From contig CM075994.1 of the NCBI GenBank assembly GCA_038087875.1, positions 62,001-126,000 of the forward strand: 64,000 bases of DNA. Reading direction: 5' to 3'. The notes under the pieces were generated by a model. That model was not told where the DNA came from, did not search any database, and worked only from the letters and a program-made list of their open reading frames with translations. Both the position numbers and the translations under genes were made by a program. This DNA is from Malacoraja senta. Its lineage: Eukaryota. Of this stretch, positions 12,639 through 25,521 are shown one piece after another; positions within the stretch are counted from its first letter, which is position 1, and the number at the start of each line of letters is the position of its first letter.

Positions 12639-13071
12639 GCTGATCTTGGGGCAATCCACGACTTGCATCTTTTCAGCCTGAGAAAGACCAGTTTCTTCTG
12701 TTTTTCTAACCCGTCATCAAGCCATGCTAACGCACTTTCCCAGATACCGTGACTTCTTATCTTGTGCAGGAAGGAACTGCAGATGCTGGTTCACAGCGAA
12801 GATAGACACAAAAGGGTGGAGTAACTCTACGGGACAGACAGCATCTCTGGATAGAAGGAATGGGTGACGTTTTGGGGCAAGACCCTTATTCGGATCTTGA
12901 TCCATTCGGTCCATCTCTGCCATACAATCATGGCTGATCTATCTTTCCCTCTCAACCCCATCTTGTTCACCAGGCTTGTCACATCCCTTCAGAAAATGGT
13001 CCATCTTCTCTCGGGATCCCCTGTTTCCATTTGGAATAAATTTCCACGGAGTTTACGTATGCAAAGAGGAA

Positions 13072-15155
13072 AACATTAGTTAAGACCAAAGTTGGACCCG
13101 AGAAGACTGAAAAGAGTGAATTTATTATGGGGAACAAGAAAATGGCAGATGAGTTGAACAGGTACTTCGGATCTGTCTTCACTAAGGAGGACACAAGCAA
13201 TCTTCCTGATGTACAAGTGGGCAGAGGATCTGGGGTGACGGAGGAACTGAAGGAAATCCATATTAGGCAGGAAATGGTGTTGGGTAGAATGATGGGATTG
13301 AAGGCTGATAAATCCCTAGGGCCTGATGGTCTGCATCCCAGGGTACTTAAGGAAGTGGCTCTGGAAATCATGGACGCATTGGTGATCATTTTTTAATGCC
13401 CAATACATTCAGTATCAGTTCCTGTGGATTGGAGGGTAGCTAATGTTATCCCACTTTTTAAGAAAGGCGGGAGAGAGAAAACGGAATTATAGACCAGCTA
13501 GTCTGACATCGGTGGTGGGAAAGATGCTGGAGTCAATCATAAAAGATAGCAGTAACAGAACCGGTCTGTCAGCGTGGATTTACAAAGAGGAAATCATGCT
13601 TGACTAATATTCTGAAATTTTTTGAGGATGTAACTAGGAAAATGGACAAGGGATAGCCAGTGGATGTAGTGTACCTGGACTTTCAGGACGCATTTGATAA
13701 GGTCACACATAGGATATTAGTGGGCAAAATTAGGGCACATGGTATTGGGGGTAGAGTGCTGGCAAGGATAAAAAAATTGGTTGGCAGACAAAAAACAAAA
13801 AGTAGGGATTAAAGGGTCCCTTTCAGAATGGCAGACAGTGACTAGTGGGGTACCACAAGGCTCGGTGCTGGGACCGCAGCTGTTTACAATATACATCAAT
13901 GATTTACATGAATGGATTCAAAGTAACATTAGCAAATTTGCAGATGACACAAAGCTGGGTGGCAGTGTGAACTGTGAGGAGGATGCTATGAGAATTCAGG
14001 GTAACTTGGACAGGTTGGGTGAGTGGGTAGATGCATGGCAGAGGCGGTTTCATGTGGATAAATGTGAGGTTATCCACTTTGGTAGCAAAAACAGGAAGGA
14101 AGATTATTATCTAAATGGCGTCAAGTTGGTAAAAGAGGAAGTACAATGGGATCTGGGGGTCCTTGTTCATCAGTCATTGAAAGTAAGCATGCAGGTACAA
14201 CAGGGAGTGAAGAAAGCGAATGGCATGTTGGCCTTTATAACAAGAGGAGTTGAGTATAGGAGCAAAGAGGTCCTTCTGCCATTGAATGGGGCCCTAGTGA
14301 GACCACACCTGGAGTATTGTGTGCAGTATTGGTCTCCAAATGTGAGGAAGGACATTCTTGTTATTGAGGAAGTGCAGCGTAGGTTCATAAGGTTAATTCC
14401 TGGGATGGCGGGACTGTCATATGCTGACAGAATGGAGCGGCTGGGCTTGTATACTCTGGAAGGCAAGGTGTATGCCCATCGAGGTTGGATGCAGAGGTTT
14501 CGCAGGGCAATCGCTCTACAAAGCCTTGAGTGCACTGGGCATCAACGGAGTGGCGAGGAGAAGAGCCATCAAGAACACAACAGAGGCAGCAGAGAAGGCC
14601 TCGAGATGGCTCTGGATCAGGAGAGAAGGTCCATGGGGAGGAGCGAATGCCACCTGAACACAAGTCGTGGTCTGATCAACCACGGCTGGGTCGCCTGGGT
14701 GAGGGTGTCTGATGTTGAAAGACCCGAAACACCCAATGACCCCAGGTTACACCACTGATGATGTGTTCAGGAGCATCTATAGGTGTATTTGTATCAATTA
14801 AGGGTTTGTACATGCGAGAGGCAGGAAACATGTTCCTGATGTTGGGGGAGCTCAGAACCAGGGGCCACAGTTTAATAATAATGGGTGAGCCATTTAGAAC
14901 AGAGATGAGGAAACACTTTTTCACACAGAGAGTTGTGAGTCTGTGAAATTCTCTGCCTCAAAGGGCAGTGGAGGCCGGTTCTGTTGATACTTTCAAGAGA
15001 GAGTTAGATAGAGCTCTTGAAGATAGCGGAGTCAGGGGATATGGGGAGAAGGCAGGAACGGGGTACTGATTGGGGATGATCAGCCACGATCACATTGAAT
15101 GGCGGTGCTGGCTTGAAGGGCCGAATGGCCTACTCCTGCACCTATTGTCTATTGT
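13072..15155 (+). mobile_element. CR1/HER1-like LINE, RT and 3' UTR (decayed)
   Basis: Motifs GPDGLHPRVLKE, GVPQGSVLGP, KFADDTK and RPHLEYCVQ; (CTATTGT)n tail. Interrupted at 14455-14797. Confidence 0.92.
14455..14797 (+). mobile_element. HERO/R2-group (restriction-like endonuclease) LINE 3' end
   Basis: WKARCMPIEVGCRGFAGQSLYKALSALGING...AAEKASRWLWIRR matches the C-terminus of HERO-type elements, followed by a short 3' UTR. Confidence 0.75.
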
Positions 15156-15825
15156 GTACTGAGTGAAATGAAAAGGTTGTTTAAATATCTGCCATATATT
15201 GAACTGCTGCATTACTTAGTGTAGTGGCCATTTGGCTTTATTTAGTGTGTCATTAATTATGGCATTTTCCTTTAAATTTTAGTCTGCCCGTAATTATGTG
15301 GGTGGGATTTATTACGTAGTCAGTGGTGTGTTTGCTGCTGGGCTTTTTGCGCTGAAGCTGTTTTCTAGTTAGTTTAGTTCGGAGCTACGTGGCTGAAGGT
15401 ATAACTTTTTGACCATTAGAGTTTTCTAACGTTTCTAAGCCTTCCCTCACAGTGGGAAACTTTTATTTCACTGTGTGGGATGTTTATGTTAAAGACTATC
15501 ATGTTCTGTGTTGTTTTTTTATTTGTATGGCTGTATGGTGGCCCCAAATTTCACTGTACCAATTGGTGCATGTGACAATAAATGTCTCTTGTCTCTTGTC
15601 TCAATAAGCTGAAGTTTGACAAAGTTTAAAATGTACAAGTAAAAGAAGGTCGGATGAATATCTTACTGTTTATCTTCAACAATAAAGAAACTACTAATCA
15701 AAAGACTGTGTTATGAAGATTTATCTTGCGAGAAGCTTTGAGCTCGAAGGACATGGAGATTGCATGCGTATCAAAATGACATACTCCTCCTAAAGCCATG
15801 ATTTCTCCCGAGTGGCTAGAGAGAT

Positions 15826-16725
15826 TTTTATTTTATTTTAGTTTTATTTAAACTTTATTTAACCAGGAGAAGTCTCATTGAGATTAAAAATCTCTTTTAC
15901 AAGAGAGTCCTGGCCAAGACAGGCAGCAGCACAGTTCCACAGTTACAGACAATAATTTAAAAACAACAGAGAACATATAAATAGAGTCACAGTCAGAATA
16001 TCATCAAACAAAGCATGTACAGAGAGAAGAGCCCGCTTCAACATCATCTGTTTATAGAAACCAGCTCCTTAAGTTTCAGTTCATTCTGCAGCTGGTTCCA
16101 TGCGAAGGGAGCAGCATAACTAAATGCCCTTTTCCCCAGTTCAGTACGGACTTTAGGTACAGTTAGTAAGAACAAGTCCTCAGAGCGGAGCTGATAAGTT
16201 CCTGTGCTTTTTCGAATTACATACTTCTGCAGGTATGAAGGAAGAACACCGAGGATAGTCTTATAAATAAGGATATGCCAATGATGGAGTCTGCGGGTGG
16301 ACAGGGCAAACCATCCAGCTTGAGCATACAAAGAGCAGTGGTGCGTGAGGGTTTTAAAATTAGTAACAAATCTCAGTGCTCCGTGGTAGATCGTGTCCAA
16401 AGACTGTAGGCATTTTGAAGATGCATTCATATATAAAACATCACCATAGTCCAACACAGACATAAACGTTGCAGCAACAAGTCTTTTTTTGGCTTCAAAA
16501 GAAAAACAAGATTTGTTTCTAAAGTAAAAACCTAATTTTATCTTTAGTTTTTTCACAAGTTGCTGGATATGAGTTTTAAAAGAGAGATAATCGTCAATTA
16601 TAATTCCCAGATATTTATATTGAGACACAGATTCAACCACAGAGCCCTGCAAAGTGGTGATAGGAGGGAGGTCCGAGGGCTTTGATTTAGCTTTAGTGAA
16701 CAGCATGAGCTTTGTCTTGTCAGCT
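15826..16725 (-). mobile_element. L2/CR1-group LINE RT C-terminus with (AATAA)n tail
   Basis: Uninterrupted ORF 16044-16772 with KTKLMLF, YKYLGI and LDYGD motifs and AFSYAAPFAWN; tail at 15826-15860. Confidence 0.85.
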
Positions 16726-17039
16726 AATTGAGATAATGGAGTGATCTCTTGAACGATATAATAATCTGCCACTACACTTAGGGTGAAGCTGTTTTCACAG
16801 TTTAGCTTGCCAGATAGTTCCAGGGTCTCATTCCAGCTGTGCTGAAGTTACAGCGAAGGAGACCAACATTGCGACATCGTGAACTGGAGTGGAACGGAGA
16901 GATGGTGATGTTCCAATGTACCTGTTCCTCTTGTCCCAGTGAGTAGAGGGGCTTCATTTATTCAAGAAGTCGGTCCAAGCTGTGGGAATCAGAATATCAG
17001 TATTAACTAATGCTCAGGTTAAATGTACATGGCCTCAAT

Positions 17040-17590
17040 AAGTCATGGGAGCAGAATTAGGCCATTTGTCCCATCAAGCCTACTCCACCATTCTATCATG
17101 GCTGATCTATCTTTCCCTCCTAACTCCATTCTCCTGCCTTCTCCCTATAACCCCTGACCATTATGAATCAAGAATCTGTTAATATCCACCTTAAAACTAC
17201 CCAATGACTTGGCCTCCAGTGCCATCTGTGGCAATGAATTCCACAGATTCACCACCCTTTCGCTAAAGAAATTCTTCCTCATCTCCTTTCTAAAGTTATA
17301 TATGTCCTTTTATTCTGAGGTTATGCCCTCTGGTTCTAGACTCTTTCACTGGTGGAAACATCCTCTCCACATTCACTCCATCCAGGTCTTACACTATTTG
17401 GTAAGTTTCAATGAGGTTCCCCCCTCGTCCTTCTAAACTCCAGCGAGTACAGGCCCAGTGCAGTTAAACGCTTATCGTACGTTAACCCACTCATTCCCTG
17501 GGATCATTCTCGAAAACCTCCTCTGGACCCTCTCCAATGCCAGCACATCATTCCTCAGATATGGGACCCAATACTGCTCACAATGCTCCA
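17040..17590 (-). mobile_element. CR1-like LINE 3' fragment
   Basis: Similar to the reverse complement of other CR1 3' ends; appears to continue at ~17921-18180 after a SINE insertion. Confidence 0.75.
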
Positions 17591-17597
17591 AGTCATA

Positions 17598-17920
17598 GGG
17601 TGGCCGCTGTGGCGCAGCTGTAGAGTTGCTGCCTTACAGTGCTTGCAGCGCCGGAGACCCGGGTTCGATCCAGACTACGGGTGCTGCTGACTGTTAGGAG
17701 TTTAAGTATGTTCTCCCCGTGACCGCATGCATTTTCTCCGAGACCATCCTACAGACGTACAAAGACATACAGGTATGTAGGTTAATTGGTTGGAGTATGT
17801 GTAAATGATCCCTAGTGTGTATAGGATAGTGTTAATATGTGGGGATCGCTGGTCGGTGCGGACTCGGTGGGTCGAAGGGCCTGTTTCTGCGCTGTATCTC
17901 TAAACTAAAAAAACTAAAAA
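17598..17920 (+). mobile_element. tRNA-derived SINE inserted in CR1
   Basis: Same family as 4066-4371. Confidence 0.85.
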
Positions 17921-18222
17921 GTGCGATCTGACCAGCGCCTTATAAAGCCTCAGCATTACATCTTTGTTTTTATATTCTCGTCCTCTCGAAATAAATGCTA
18001 ACAATGCGCTTGCCTTCCTTTACTACTGATTGAACTTGCAAATTACCCTTTTGGGAACTGCACCCGCACTCCCAAGTCCCTTTGCACCTTCGATTTCTGA
18101 ATACAATCCCCATTTAGAAAAAAGGCTGCGCCTTTATTTCCACCTCTAAAATGCAAGACTACACACTTTGCTACACTGTTATCGATCTGTCTTCCAAGAT
18201 GAGAGGCTCCGATTTCTGCACT

Positions 18223-18888
18223 CGTTCCTTGAAGGTCGAGTCACAGGTAGATAAGGTGGTTAAAAAGGCTTTTGGCTCTTTGGCCTTCATCAGTCAGAGT
18301 ATTGAGTATAGAAGTTGGTCATGTTGCAGTTGCACAAGACTGCATTTAGAATATTGTGTTCAGTTCTGGGTACCATGTTATAGGAAAAATATTGTCAAAC
18401 TTGAAAGGGATCAGAAAGGATTTACGAGGATGTTACCAGGACGAGATGGTGTGAGCTATAGGGAGAGGTGGAGTAGGCTGGGTCTCTATACCATGGAGCG
18501 CAGGAGGATGAGGGGTGATCTTATGGAGGTGTATAAGATCATGAGAGTAATGGGTCAGGTAGATGCACAGAGTCTCTTGCCCAGAGTAGGGAAATCGAGG
18601 ACCAGCGGACATAGGTTCAAGGTGAAGGGGAAAAGATTTAATAGGAATCCGAGGGGTAACGTTTTCACACAAAGGTTGGCGTGTGTATAGAACTAGCTGC
18701 CGGACGTAGTTGAGGCTGGGACGATCCCATCGTTTAACAAACAGTTAGACGGATAGGACAGGTTTGGAGGGATATGGACCAAGCGCAGGCAAGTAGGACT
18801 AGTGTAGCTGGGACAATGTTGGCCGCTGTGGGCGAGTTGGGCCGAAGGGCCTATTTCCACACTGTATCACTCTATAACTCTCTATGAC
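18223..18888 (+). mobile_element. CR1-like LINE 3' end (second subfamily)
   Basis: Peptide LHLEYCVQFW...RRMRGDLMEVYKIM; (ACTCTATG)n tail. Confidence 0.85.
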
Positions 18889-20130
18889 TCCAAGATGCAC
18901 ATTTGAGCAGTGGAGTGAGGCAGTCCAAACACAGACAGATAGTAGAGAATTAACAGTGCATCTCTGTCTAAACTGCAGATATTTCCCTGTGAATGAACTA
19001 TTATGAATGAATACTTTATTGTCACAGTGAAATTCTTTGCTTGCATACCCACGGTATGGAAATAGTCGCCGGAAAGGGCACTTACAAAGTATCCCACGCC
19101 GAATCCCTTTTGTTGTTCCCCCTCCCCCCACCTACACGGCAGCCCCCCCATGCTGGGTCCTCCTTTGTTCTTCCACAGCCCCCCCCCCACCACCATGGCG
19201 GTCCCCCCACGCCGGCTTCTCCTTTGTTCCTTTCCTCGGCAACTGCGTCCTCACTTCCACGTGGTCCGTCCTCGTCTGTCGGTCAGCGCCATCATCGCCG
19301 GCTGCACAGACCTCTCCACTATTGCTGCTGGGTCCTCTCCGGACGTCTCCGTGGCACCGCCCCATGCCCACTAAACGGCCATGACACTAAAGGGCCCTTC
19401 TGCCCCCATTGAAAAAATCTTACAGTGATAGCACAGGAGAACGGATTATACTTTGTTCCTGGGGACATGTGTAATATTTCTCCCTCACCGATATCCAAAC
19501 AGATTGTCACACAGCCATTTGCAGGATCTGACTGGTCACAATTGTTCATAAGTGATATGAGCAGAATTGTGCAGGAAGGAACTGCAGATGCTGGTTTACA
19601 CTGGAGGCAATGCAAAATGCTGGAATAAGTCAGCAGGGCAGGCAGCATCACTGGAGAGAAGGAATGGGTGACGTTTTGGGTCTGAAGAAGGGTCTCGACT
19701 CAAAACGTGACAATTTCCTTCTCTCCAGAGATGTTACCTGTCCTGTTGAGTTACTCCAGCTTTTTGCTTCTATCTTCAACACACACACACACGCAGACAG
19801 GCTTCGGTTTCCTTCACGTTTCGGATATGTTTCGGTTCGAGACCCTTCTTCAGAAGAACTCAATGGCCTGCAATGACCAGTATACCGCTGAGTTACTCCA
19901 GCATTTTGTGTCTATCATAGGAGCAGAATTAGGTCATTCAGCCCAGCAAGCCTACTCTGCCATTCAATTAATCATTCCCTCTTAACACCATTCTCCTGCC
20001 TTCTCCCCATAACCCCTGACACCCGTACTAATGAAGAATCCATCTCTCTCTGCCTTAGATTCACCACCCTCTGACTGACTCCACACCACCACATACAAGG
20101 ACACGGTTTTACCAGAGAATGAATACTCAC

Positions 20131-20225
20131 CATGTACAACAGAACGCTAAGCACGAGAACCGCTGTGATCACGAAGATAATGGTCAGGTACAATCCAACC
20201 CGAGATCTGGGATTGGGTTCATGAT
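20131..20225 (-). CDS. Ig-superfamily (CD2/SLAM-like) gene, transmembrane exon
   Basis: Acceptor ttgttgtag, donor ATG|gtgagt; 95 nt, phase 1 to phase 0. Encodes (D)HEPNPRSRVGLYLTIIFVITAVLVLSVLLYM. Confidence 0.8.
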
Positions 20226-20523
20226 CTACAACAAAATAAATCACCTTTGGTTACTTATTGTAGATTTTAATTTAAATGTCTATGACATATGGCATATAAC
20301 CTTTGTATTCAATTCAATGATTCAGTGATATTATATTGTCACATATCAAGACACAATAAAGTTCTTTGATTTTGGTGTACAATCCGTAATCACACAGCAG
20401 ACTTCTCCTGGGCAATACACAAAGAGTCGCCAAGTTTCTGCCGCAGACAATGTTTCAGAAGTTCTTAGTGCAGTCTTATCTTGTCGCAGCAGCAAACCAG
20501 GGCTGTTGTTGCAGGTGCATGGA

Positions 20524-20854
20524 GCACGATGCACGGTAGTGCAGCGGTAGAGTTGCTGCCTCACAGAGCATGCAGCGCTGGAGACCCGGGTTTGATCCTG
20601 ACTACGGGTGCTGTCTTTATGGAGTTTGTATGTTCTCCCCATGCCTGCTTGGGTTTTCTCCGAGATCTTCAGTTACCTCCCACACTCCAAAGGCGTACAG
20701 GTATGTATGTTAATTGGCTTGGTATAAGTGTAAATTGTCCCTAGTGTGTGTAGGATAGTGTTAATGTGCGGGGATCGCTGGTAGGTACGGACTCGGTGGG
20801 CAGAAGAGCCTGTTTCCACGCTGTATTTCTGAACCTAACTAAACTAAACCAAAC
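20524..20854 (+). mobile_element. tRNA-derived SINE
   Basis: Same family as 4066-4371. Confidence 0.85.
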
Positions 20855-21104
20855 GTGGACAACCCGAGACTCGCAGAAAACCTGGGTCTCTGACGCTGTA
20901 AGTGCTGGAAGGCTGCAACTCTACCGCTGCGCTGCCATGCCGCCTTGTTGGACATTTGTTCCTATCTTGCTTCCCCACGATGCATTCTCTTGGGTTAAAC
21001 AGATTAAAAACTACTTATCTTCCTTATAATTTTCAAAATTCCCTACATCACGTCTGGAGAGATATTTATCCACAGGGAAAACGGAATGTGAGATCATGTG
21101 AATT

Positions 21105-21592
21105 ATAGAAAAGATGTTGTCAAGCTGGAAAGGATATAGAGAAGATTTACAAGGATGTTGACAGGGGTAGAGGGTCTGAGCTATAGGGAGAGGGTGAGTA
21201 GGTTGTGACTCTATTCTTTGGAGAGCAGGAGGATGAGGGGTGATCTTATAGAGGTGTATAAAATCATGAGAGGAATAGAGTCTCTTGCCCAGAATAAGTG
21301 AATCGTGGACCAGAGGACACAGGTTTAAGGTGAAGCGGAAAAGATTTAAGAGGAATCTGAATGGTAACTTTTTCACACAAAGGGTGGTGGGTGTATGGAA
21401 CAAGCTGCCAGAGGAGGTAATTGAGGCAGGGGCTATCCCAACATTTAAGAGACAGTTGGACAGGTACATGATAGAACAAGTTTGAAGGGATATGGAGCAA
21501 ACGTAGGCAGGTGGGAAGAGTGTAGCTGGGACAGGTGGCCAAGTTGGGCCGAAGGGCCTGTTTCCACACTGTATCACTCTATGACTCTATGA
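21105..21592 (+). mobile_element. CR1-like LINE 3' end
   Basis: Peptide TRGHRFKVK...FFTQRVVGVWNKLP; (ACTCTATG)n tail. Confidence 0.85.
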
Positions 21593-22064
21593 CACTAAGA
21601 ATAAGATAGTCATCCATTTCAATCAGAATTTAGGGGGATGTTATATGTCTGGAGAGTACTTGGAGTGTAGAATGACATACGCTGATAAGGACAGATAACA
21701 AGTGTGGAGAGGGGCTCTTGTGTAGCATAAACATCAACATGGGACAAATGGCCAGCATCTGTGCAATAGACCTTTACAACTTGGGTTGCACGATAGCGCA
21801 GTGGTTGAGTTGCTGCCTTCCAGTGCCAGAGACTCTGAGTTCAGTCATGACTACGGGTCCTTGTCTGCACGGAGTTTGTACGTTCTCCCAATGACCTGCG
21901 TGGGTTTTATCTCACACTCTAAAGACGTGGAGGTCTGTGGATTAATTGACTTTGGTATAAATGTAAATTGTCCCTCGTGTGCAGGATAGTGTTAGTGTGC
22001 GGGGATCCCTGGTCAGTACCGACTCGGTGGACAGAAGCACATGTTTCCGTGTTGTATCTCTGTA

Positions 22065-22575
22065 TTTAGGGGAGGAATCTGCCTACAGACAGGAAGTGTC
22101 ACAGCTGGCATCCTGGTGCCATCGCAACAACCTAGAGCTCAATGCTCCAGAGCTCAATGCTCTTTGGCTGCAACCTTCCCTCCATTGATGAATTGTACAC
22201 TGCAAGGGCCAGGAAGCGAGCGGGCAAGATCATCTCTGACCCCTCTCACCCTGGCCACAAACTCTTTGAATCACTTCCCTCTGGAAGGCGACTCCGGACT
22301 GTCAAAGCTGCCACAGCCAGACATAAAAACAGTTTTTATCAACGAGTAGTTGCTCTACTCAATAGCCAAAAATCTGTAGCCTCCCTTTGATCTGGAATTT
22401 TGTTGGTTCACATGTTGATCAATGGTGTTTTATCATTAATGTTTTATTATTATTAATGTTTAGTGTTTTCTGAGTCATTTGTAACTGTCACTGTATGTCA
22501 TGTTGTTACTTATGGGCGGAGCACCAAAGGAAATTCCTTGTATGTGAATACTTGGCCAATAAACGTACTTACTTA
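22065..22575 (+). mobile_element. Rex1/Babar-like LINE 3' end
   Basis: Peptide DPSHPGHKLFESLPSGRRLR; AATAAA followed by an (ACTT)n tail. Confidence 0.8.
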
Positions 22576-23157
22576 TAAACTAAACTAGAAGTTAAACACA
22601 CTAGGGAGAACGGAGTGATATCTTATGCTGATAGTCAGATAACAAGCGTGGGGAGGAGATATTTAGTTTTATTTAGTTTGGTTTCGATCTACAGCGCAGA
22701 AACAGCCCATTGAGTTTGCACATACAACCGATTCCTGCTCATTAACACTATCCTACACATGGAATCTATTTGTTTAATGTTGATACCAAGCCAATTAACC
22801 TACAAACATGTACATCTTGAGTGTAGGAGGAAACCCATGCAGGTCACAGGGTGAACTTATAAACTCCATACACATGTTTAAGGAACGTCTTTCCCCTGAC
22901 TCTCAGTCTGAAGTGTCTCGACCTGAAACGTCAATATTCTTTTTCTCCAGAGATGCTGTCTGACCGGCTGAGTTATTCCAGCTTTCTATGTTTATCCTGT
23001 ATTATTTAATACGGCTCGTAGCCAGGATCGAACCTGAGTCTCTGACGCCGTACGAGCTGAGAGGCAGCAACTCTACCACTGCACCACTGTGCCACTTCTT
23101 GTGTAGCATAAACAATGTGGGTCAAATAGACCTTTGCCAATACCGTGACAGACTTAC

Positions 23158-23427
23158 CATCGTTGACCAGCTGGTAGGTGCTGTTGGTTCGACTGACTTG
23201 GTTTTCCATGCTGCACGTGTAACAGCCAAAGTCTGATTTCTCTGCGTTCCAAATGGTAAATGTTACATTCCCATCAGACAGGGACTGCCATGGGCTCACT
23301 GGGAGGACAACTCCTTCTCTGCTCCACAGAATGGAAGTAGCTCTCCCTCTCTGCACCGTGCAGTTCAGCACAGCCGTGTGGTTCTCAGGGTTGTATTCAC
23401 AGGAGATGGATGGTGTGGAGAGAGGAT
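23158..23427 (-). CDS. Ig-superfamily (CD2/SLAM-like) gene, IgC2 exon
   Basis: Acceptor gttctccag, donor G|gtaagt; 270 nt, phase 1-1. Encodes (D)PLSTPSISCEYNPENHTAVLNCTVQRGRATSILWSREG...SDFGCYTCSMENQVSRTNSTYQLVND with the B-strand Cys, C-strand Trp and DxGxYxC. Confidence 0.92.
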
Positions 23428-23977
23428 CTGGAGAACAACAGAGTCAATGAGTCAAGACACAAACGCCCTTTTTTAGACCTCAAGTATACAAAGGTAAATC
23501 CAGATTTATTAAAGGGATCTAATAGAGTCACTGCCTCAAAAAGGCAGCCAGCATCATCAGAGACCCACACCACCCTGGCCACGCTCCTTTGCCTTTTGAG
23601 GAGGTAGAGGTGTTGGCCTGCTTTCTTGGCCATTGCTGCAATATGGGTGGTCCTGGACGAGACACTGGTGATATTTACTCCTCCGAACTTAACATTTTCA
23701 ACCATCTCTACTTCAGCCCCATAATTTCATACTGGGGTATGTGAACCGCTTCCTTTCTGAACTCCATCACTACCTCAAAGGTTGTTGTCTTGATACCAGG
23801 TCACGAGGTCCTCACCCCCATCTCTCTTACACCCCATTGAGGTCTATGCTCTCTAGGTTAGGTGGACACTTCTCAAACATATCCCACAATATAAAGATTC
23901 ACATTTCTCATCCACCATCCGCCGTCTGCCTGATTATATACCACCATGATATATAATCAGCTGATAATACCACCAGG

Positions 23978-24720
23978 GGCGCCGCATGATTGGCAGCCTC
24001 ACCAACAGTCTGTCTGTTTTTTCATTTTTCTTTGTGTTATTTTTAGTGTGTTTTAAAGTTTGTGTAAATGTTCTCTGGTTTGTTTTATGTGGGGGTTGGG
24101 GGGAATTGTTTTTCAGTCTCTTACCTCGCCAGAGATGCGATTGTTTTCCGGGTTGTATCTCCGGTCGCTCTGCAGCCTAACATCATGAAGCTGGAGGCCT
24201 CGCTCTGGACTGATTATGGACTCTACCGCGGGGCGTGGACTTACCATCGGAGCCGATCCTGGGATTGCCTGGGATTATATTGCCTGGGATCGATGCTCCA
24301 ACCGCGCTTGCGGACTTTAACATCAAGGGCTCGCAGTCTCCGGAGAGACCGAGTCAGGAGCTCCAACGACGCAGAAAGTTCATCAGACCCAACCCGAGGT
24401 CCGATCGTTTGGTGCGGGGGAGCTGATATCCCTCCGATACAGGAGCTTGATCGCCCCGACGAGTAAGATCGTCCCGTCAACAGAAGGCTCGAGGCTCCCA
24501 ACCACGGGAGAACAAAGAAGGGAAGAGATTGAACTTTTTTTTTCCGCCTTCCATCACAGTGAGGAATATGGAGGAGTCACTGTGGTGGATGTTCAGGTTA
24601 AAATGTATTTTGTGTGTTCTATTGCTTTTTATTTGTATGGCTGACTTGGCAAATGAAATTCCACATATGTTGCAAAACATACTAGGCTAATAAAGTATTA
24701 TTATATTATTGTATTGTATA
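23978..24720 (+). mobile_element. GC-rich non-coding retroposon with hairpin-bearing 3' end
   Basis: Shares a 3' hairpin module with 15443-15480, 54253-54289 (-) and 60953-60995; AATAAA followed by a (TATTG)-type tail. Confidence 0.55.
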
Positions 24721-25521
24721 TTATTTTCATGTCCATTAATTACATTCCATTGACTCGATCTACACCACGCTGCCTCGGCAAGGCCACCAGCATCTTCAAA
24801 GACGAGTCTAACCCTGGACACTCCTTCTCACATCAGAAATGATACACAGAATTGTGAAACACCTATCTCCAGATTCAGGGACAGTTTCTTCCCACATGTT
24901 ATCAAGCAACTGAACCATCCTATCACCATCTAGAGTGGTCCTGAGCTACCATCGACCCTCAAACTGTCTTTATTCAGACTTTACTAGACATTATCTTGCA
25001 CTAAACGTTATTTCATTTATCCTGTAAGTGTACACTGCAGACAGCTTGATTGTAATCATGTATAGTCTTTTGGCTGACTGGATAACATGCAACAAAAAGC
25101 TTTTCACTGTACCTCGGTACATATGACAATAAACTAAACTAAAGTAAACTAAACTTCACAGATCAATGTTTCTAGGTTTGCTCATTTTCAGATTTAGGGA
25201 TTACATCATATAAACTTAAATTGCAATTATTAAAATGTGTTCAAGAACATAGTAATCCCAGCAGGTTAGTCATCTAAAATTGGAGAACACAATGTTCATA
25301 CATTAGCTTGTAAGCTCCTGTCAAGTCGAATAATCAACCTTTCACGATGCCACTTAGGTATCTTAGAACCCAATGGTATGAACATTAAATTCTCCAATTT
25401 CAAGTAATAACCCCCCTACCTACCTCCCCCTTCCCTGTGACCCCCCCCCTCACCCCAGTACATGCCCATTTCACCCAGTAACTCCCATCCTCCCAGTCAC
25501 CGTAATCTCCTCGCTGACACC

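Noticed and set aside
13781..14758. 325-aa ORF as a novel RT fusion protein
   Set aside because: It is a CR1 RT fragment reading out of frame into the HERO insert, and the upstream RT is broken.
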